A stretch of DNA of 20,000 nucleotides, from the NCBI GenBank assembly GCA_049515535.1, contig JBEKTZ010000001.1:447400-467399 (forward strand), given 5' to 3'. A program made the position numbers and the translations under genes. The notes beneath the pieces are model-generated. The model was not told the DNA's origin. It did not search any database and worked only from the letters and a program-made list of their open reading frames with translations. Origin of the DNA: Candidatus Aminicenantales bacterium. GTDB taxonomy: Bacteria > Acidobacteriota > Aminicenantia > Aminicenantales > UBA4085. Shown here piece after piece: positions 18,361 through 20,000 of the stretch (position 1 is the first letter of the stretch; the number at the start of each line of letters is the position of its first letter).

Positions 18361-19209
18361 TTATATTTTTTTCTCTAAATGAGAATCAAAAAAAAACATC
18401 GAAATAGTTGAAGCAGCACCCACTGCGAGTCTGGCGTGTCTCGGAGATAGTCCCCTCGTTTTTCCTGCTTTTCCATGGCCAGTACCATATAGGTTACGAA
18501 GCTCGGCCAAGGTTTGAGCTATATTTCCAAGATTATTAAGAAGCCTCTTAATGATTTCTGCGCCTTTCGCCGAATTTGGTATCTTTTCTGGAATCAATCC
18601 CAAAGCCTTCCTTGTTTCTTTCATTAGTATTGGCAAATCATCCCTATCTCCAAAGGGGATTCCCCTTTCCTCAAGAATAGTTTTACAAGTCGTCTCGATT
18701 AGTTCTTTTGCAGTACCAATAGCAAGTTCCGGGTCGTCTTCAGCCGCTTTTTGCATTCTGTCAATCTGGCGATGTAATTCAGGAGCGTCGAAGCTCGCCG
18801 TAGTGTCAATAATTCCTTGTAATGGTTGATTGCTTCCAAGAGACGTTAGCCTGCCGTTCGAATACCTAAATCTATCCTTTTCAATCCATTTCTTTAGCTG
18901 CTGAAATGCCGTTTCAGCCCATTCATTGGTTCCTAAGAAGTTTATCTTTTCTTTTTGTCCCTCTAATATTGAAAGAGCATTTTCATAAACAGTAAGCACT
19001 TTTCGAACGCTTGACCATTTAGACCAATCAATTGAGTGATAGTATTTTTCTACAAGTGAACGACGTTGTCCTGTGCAGGCGGGATGATAATCTTCATCTA
19101 GGGGTATATCCGCCGAATCAAATTCCATCTCAATCTCGCGGAGAGTACGGCTCACAAAATGTTCTCTAAATTCATATCGGGTTTTTTTGCTAATAATATC
19201 ATTAGGCAT
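18361..19209 (-). CDS. Abortive-infection family protein with C-terminal Abi_C (HEPN) domain
   Basis: DDPELAIGTAKELIETTCKTIL, LAELRNLYGTGHG (R..H HEPN-like), ARLAVGAA. ATG 19209 has a GAGGGG SD (alternative start 19224). Confidence 0.88.
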   Translation of the reverse strand: MPNDIISKKTRYEFREHFVSRTLREIEMEFDSADIPLDEDYHPACTGQRRSLVEKYYHSIDWSKWSSVRKVLTVYENALSILEGQKEKINFLGTNEWAETAFQQLKKWIEKDRFRYSNGRLTSLGSNQPLQGIIDTTASFDAPELHRQIDRMQKAAEDDPELAIGTAKELIETTCKTILEERGIPFGDRDDLPILMKETRKALGLIPEKIPNSAKGAEIIKRLLNNLGNIAQTLAELRNLYGTGHGKAGKTRGLSPRHARLAVGAASTISMFFFDSHLEKKI

Positions 19210-19295
19210 TATGGTTCCCCTCATTCAGGATAATATTTCACTAAATCTCTCTTTAGCGTTATCGGTTGAGATTGTCTATTCGTGTTTCTCTAAAT

Positions 19296-19876
19296 TCATT
19301 TCAAATTTTTCTTTAATTTAAGCCCGTTAGAGAAATTTTTTATCTCTTCGATATTTTTGAAATATCCAAATACCGTGGGTAGGTTCCCATATAGTGTTTT
19401 GCTCTTATCTATGTCTTGAGGAAAATATTTCAATAATTCCTGCTTTTCAGAATGAAAATAGGTCGCGAGTCTGTCTATATAGGTATAAAAATGCAGCCCT
19501 CTTTCTATCGTACTATCCTTCGGCAAAATATTTAAAATCGTTATCATTTTGTCACCCGCTTGCCCTATCCAGCTCATCGTGGTTTGAGTTGTAAGTCTCT
19601 TTTCAAATATTGGAGTGACTTCCGCTATAAAAGAATCAAAAAGCTCGCCGACTCCATTTGATAGAGCGCTTTCTCTGAATTCTTCGAAAGAAAGAGGCCG
19701 TTTTCTTTTTGATGATTCTCTCGCCTTGCGTTCGACTTCGCTTGGCTCAATAAGAAATATTCTTGCTAAATACTCAATATCGTTATTATTTTTGAAATAC
19801 TGAAATTTGACAGCGTTAATTGGTGCCCCAAGGGAATCAGACAGATAGTTGATAATTCGTTCTGTGCTATCATCTA
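19296..19876 (-). pseudogene. 3' part of a NucS/DUF91-like endonuclease-family gene, interrupted by an IS
   Basis: The frame of the 93-aa ORF stays open upstream to the CTAG at 19874-19877: LDDSTERIINYLSDSLGAPINAVKFQYFKNNNDIEYLARIFLIEP..., resembling the segment that follows the nuclease core in NucS-like proteins. No start codon at the 5' end. Confidence 0.65.
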
Positions 19877-19897
19877 GTGTATTGTCTCATAAATAAG

Positions 19898-19926
19898 TTG
19901 CATATATAGTCGATCTGCTGTATCAT
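19898..19926 (+). promoter_or_regulatory. IS-internal transposase promoter
   Basis: TTGCAT (19898-19903), 17 bp, TATCAT (19921-19926). Confidence 0.6.
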
Positions 19927-19945
19927 GGGCATAATGGAGGTGCCC

Positions 19946-20000
19946 ATGAAAACAGGCCGGCCCAAAAAAATGAACATCGCTCTGACGAAGGAGGAGCGAG
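19946..20000 (+). CDS. IS630-family transposase, first 18 codons (partial)
   Basis: MKTGRPKKMNIALTKEER matches the typical IS630 N-terminus (M.TGRP.....L...ER). SD GGAGG at 19936-19940. Confidence 0.75.
   Translation, partial: MKTGRPKKMNIALTKEER

Larger units (their letters stand above)
19875..20000 (+). mobile_element. Left end of an IS630-family insertion sequence
   Basis: Begins at C^TAGTGTATTGTCTCA (TA within CTAG, an IS630-type target and end), exactly where the neighbouring reading frame breaks; followed by promoter, SD and transposase-like start. Confidence 0.8.

Noticed and set aside
1..20000. CRISPR array, tRNA or rRNA genes
   Set aside because: No regularly spaced direct repeats or recognisable structural RNA signatures found.

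Overview
The window has two halves. Bases 1-9.9 kb are GC-rich, apparently core genome; the VWA/GWxTD/C69 gene types suggest an Acidobacteriota/Aminicenantes-like bacterium (inference). This half holds the 5' end of a class IV aminotransferase, a small outer-membrane beta-barrel-like protein, a C69 dipeptidase, and a phytoene-desaturase-like FAD oxidoreductase broken by an internal deletion plus frameshift. It also holds a five-gene minus-strand envelope cluster (VWA, OmpA lipoprotein, repeat-containing secreted protein, GT87 glycosyltransferase, divergent GWxTD lipoprotein) and an HD-GYP phosphodiesterase. Bases 9.9-20 kb are an increasingly AT-rich defence island, with all genes except the transposase on the minus strand. 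It contains a type I R-M operon (hsdM-hsdS-[Mrr-like nuclease]-hsdR), a downstream PD-(D/E)XK nuclease and two small or truncated ORFs, and an upstream Abi_C/HEPN abortive-infection gene. Three elements not properly captured by the ORF track lie here: a relic of a second, different hsdM, a NucS-like gene cut by an IS630-family element, and the left end of that IS with a hairpin over its start codon. The best candidates for something undescribed are the nuclease embedded in the hsd operon and the envelope operon. All family assignments come from motif recognition by eye, not from searches.
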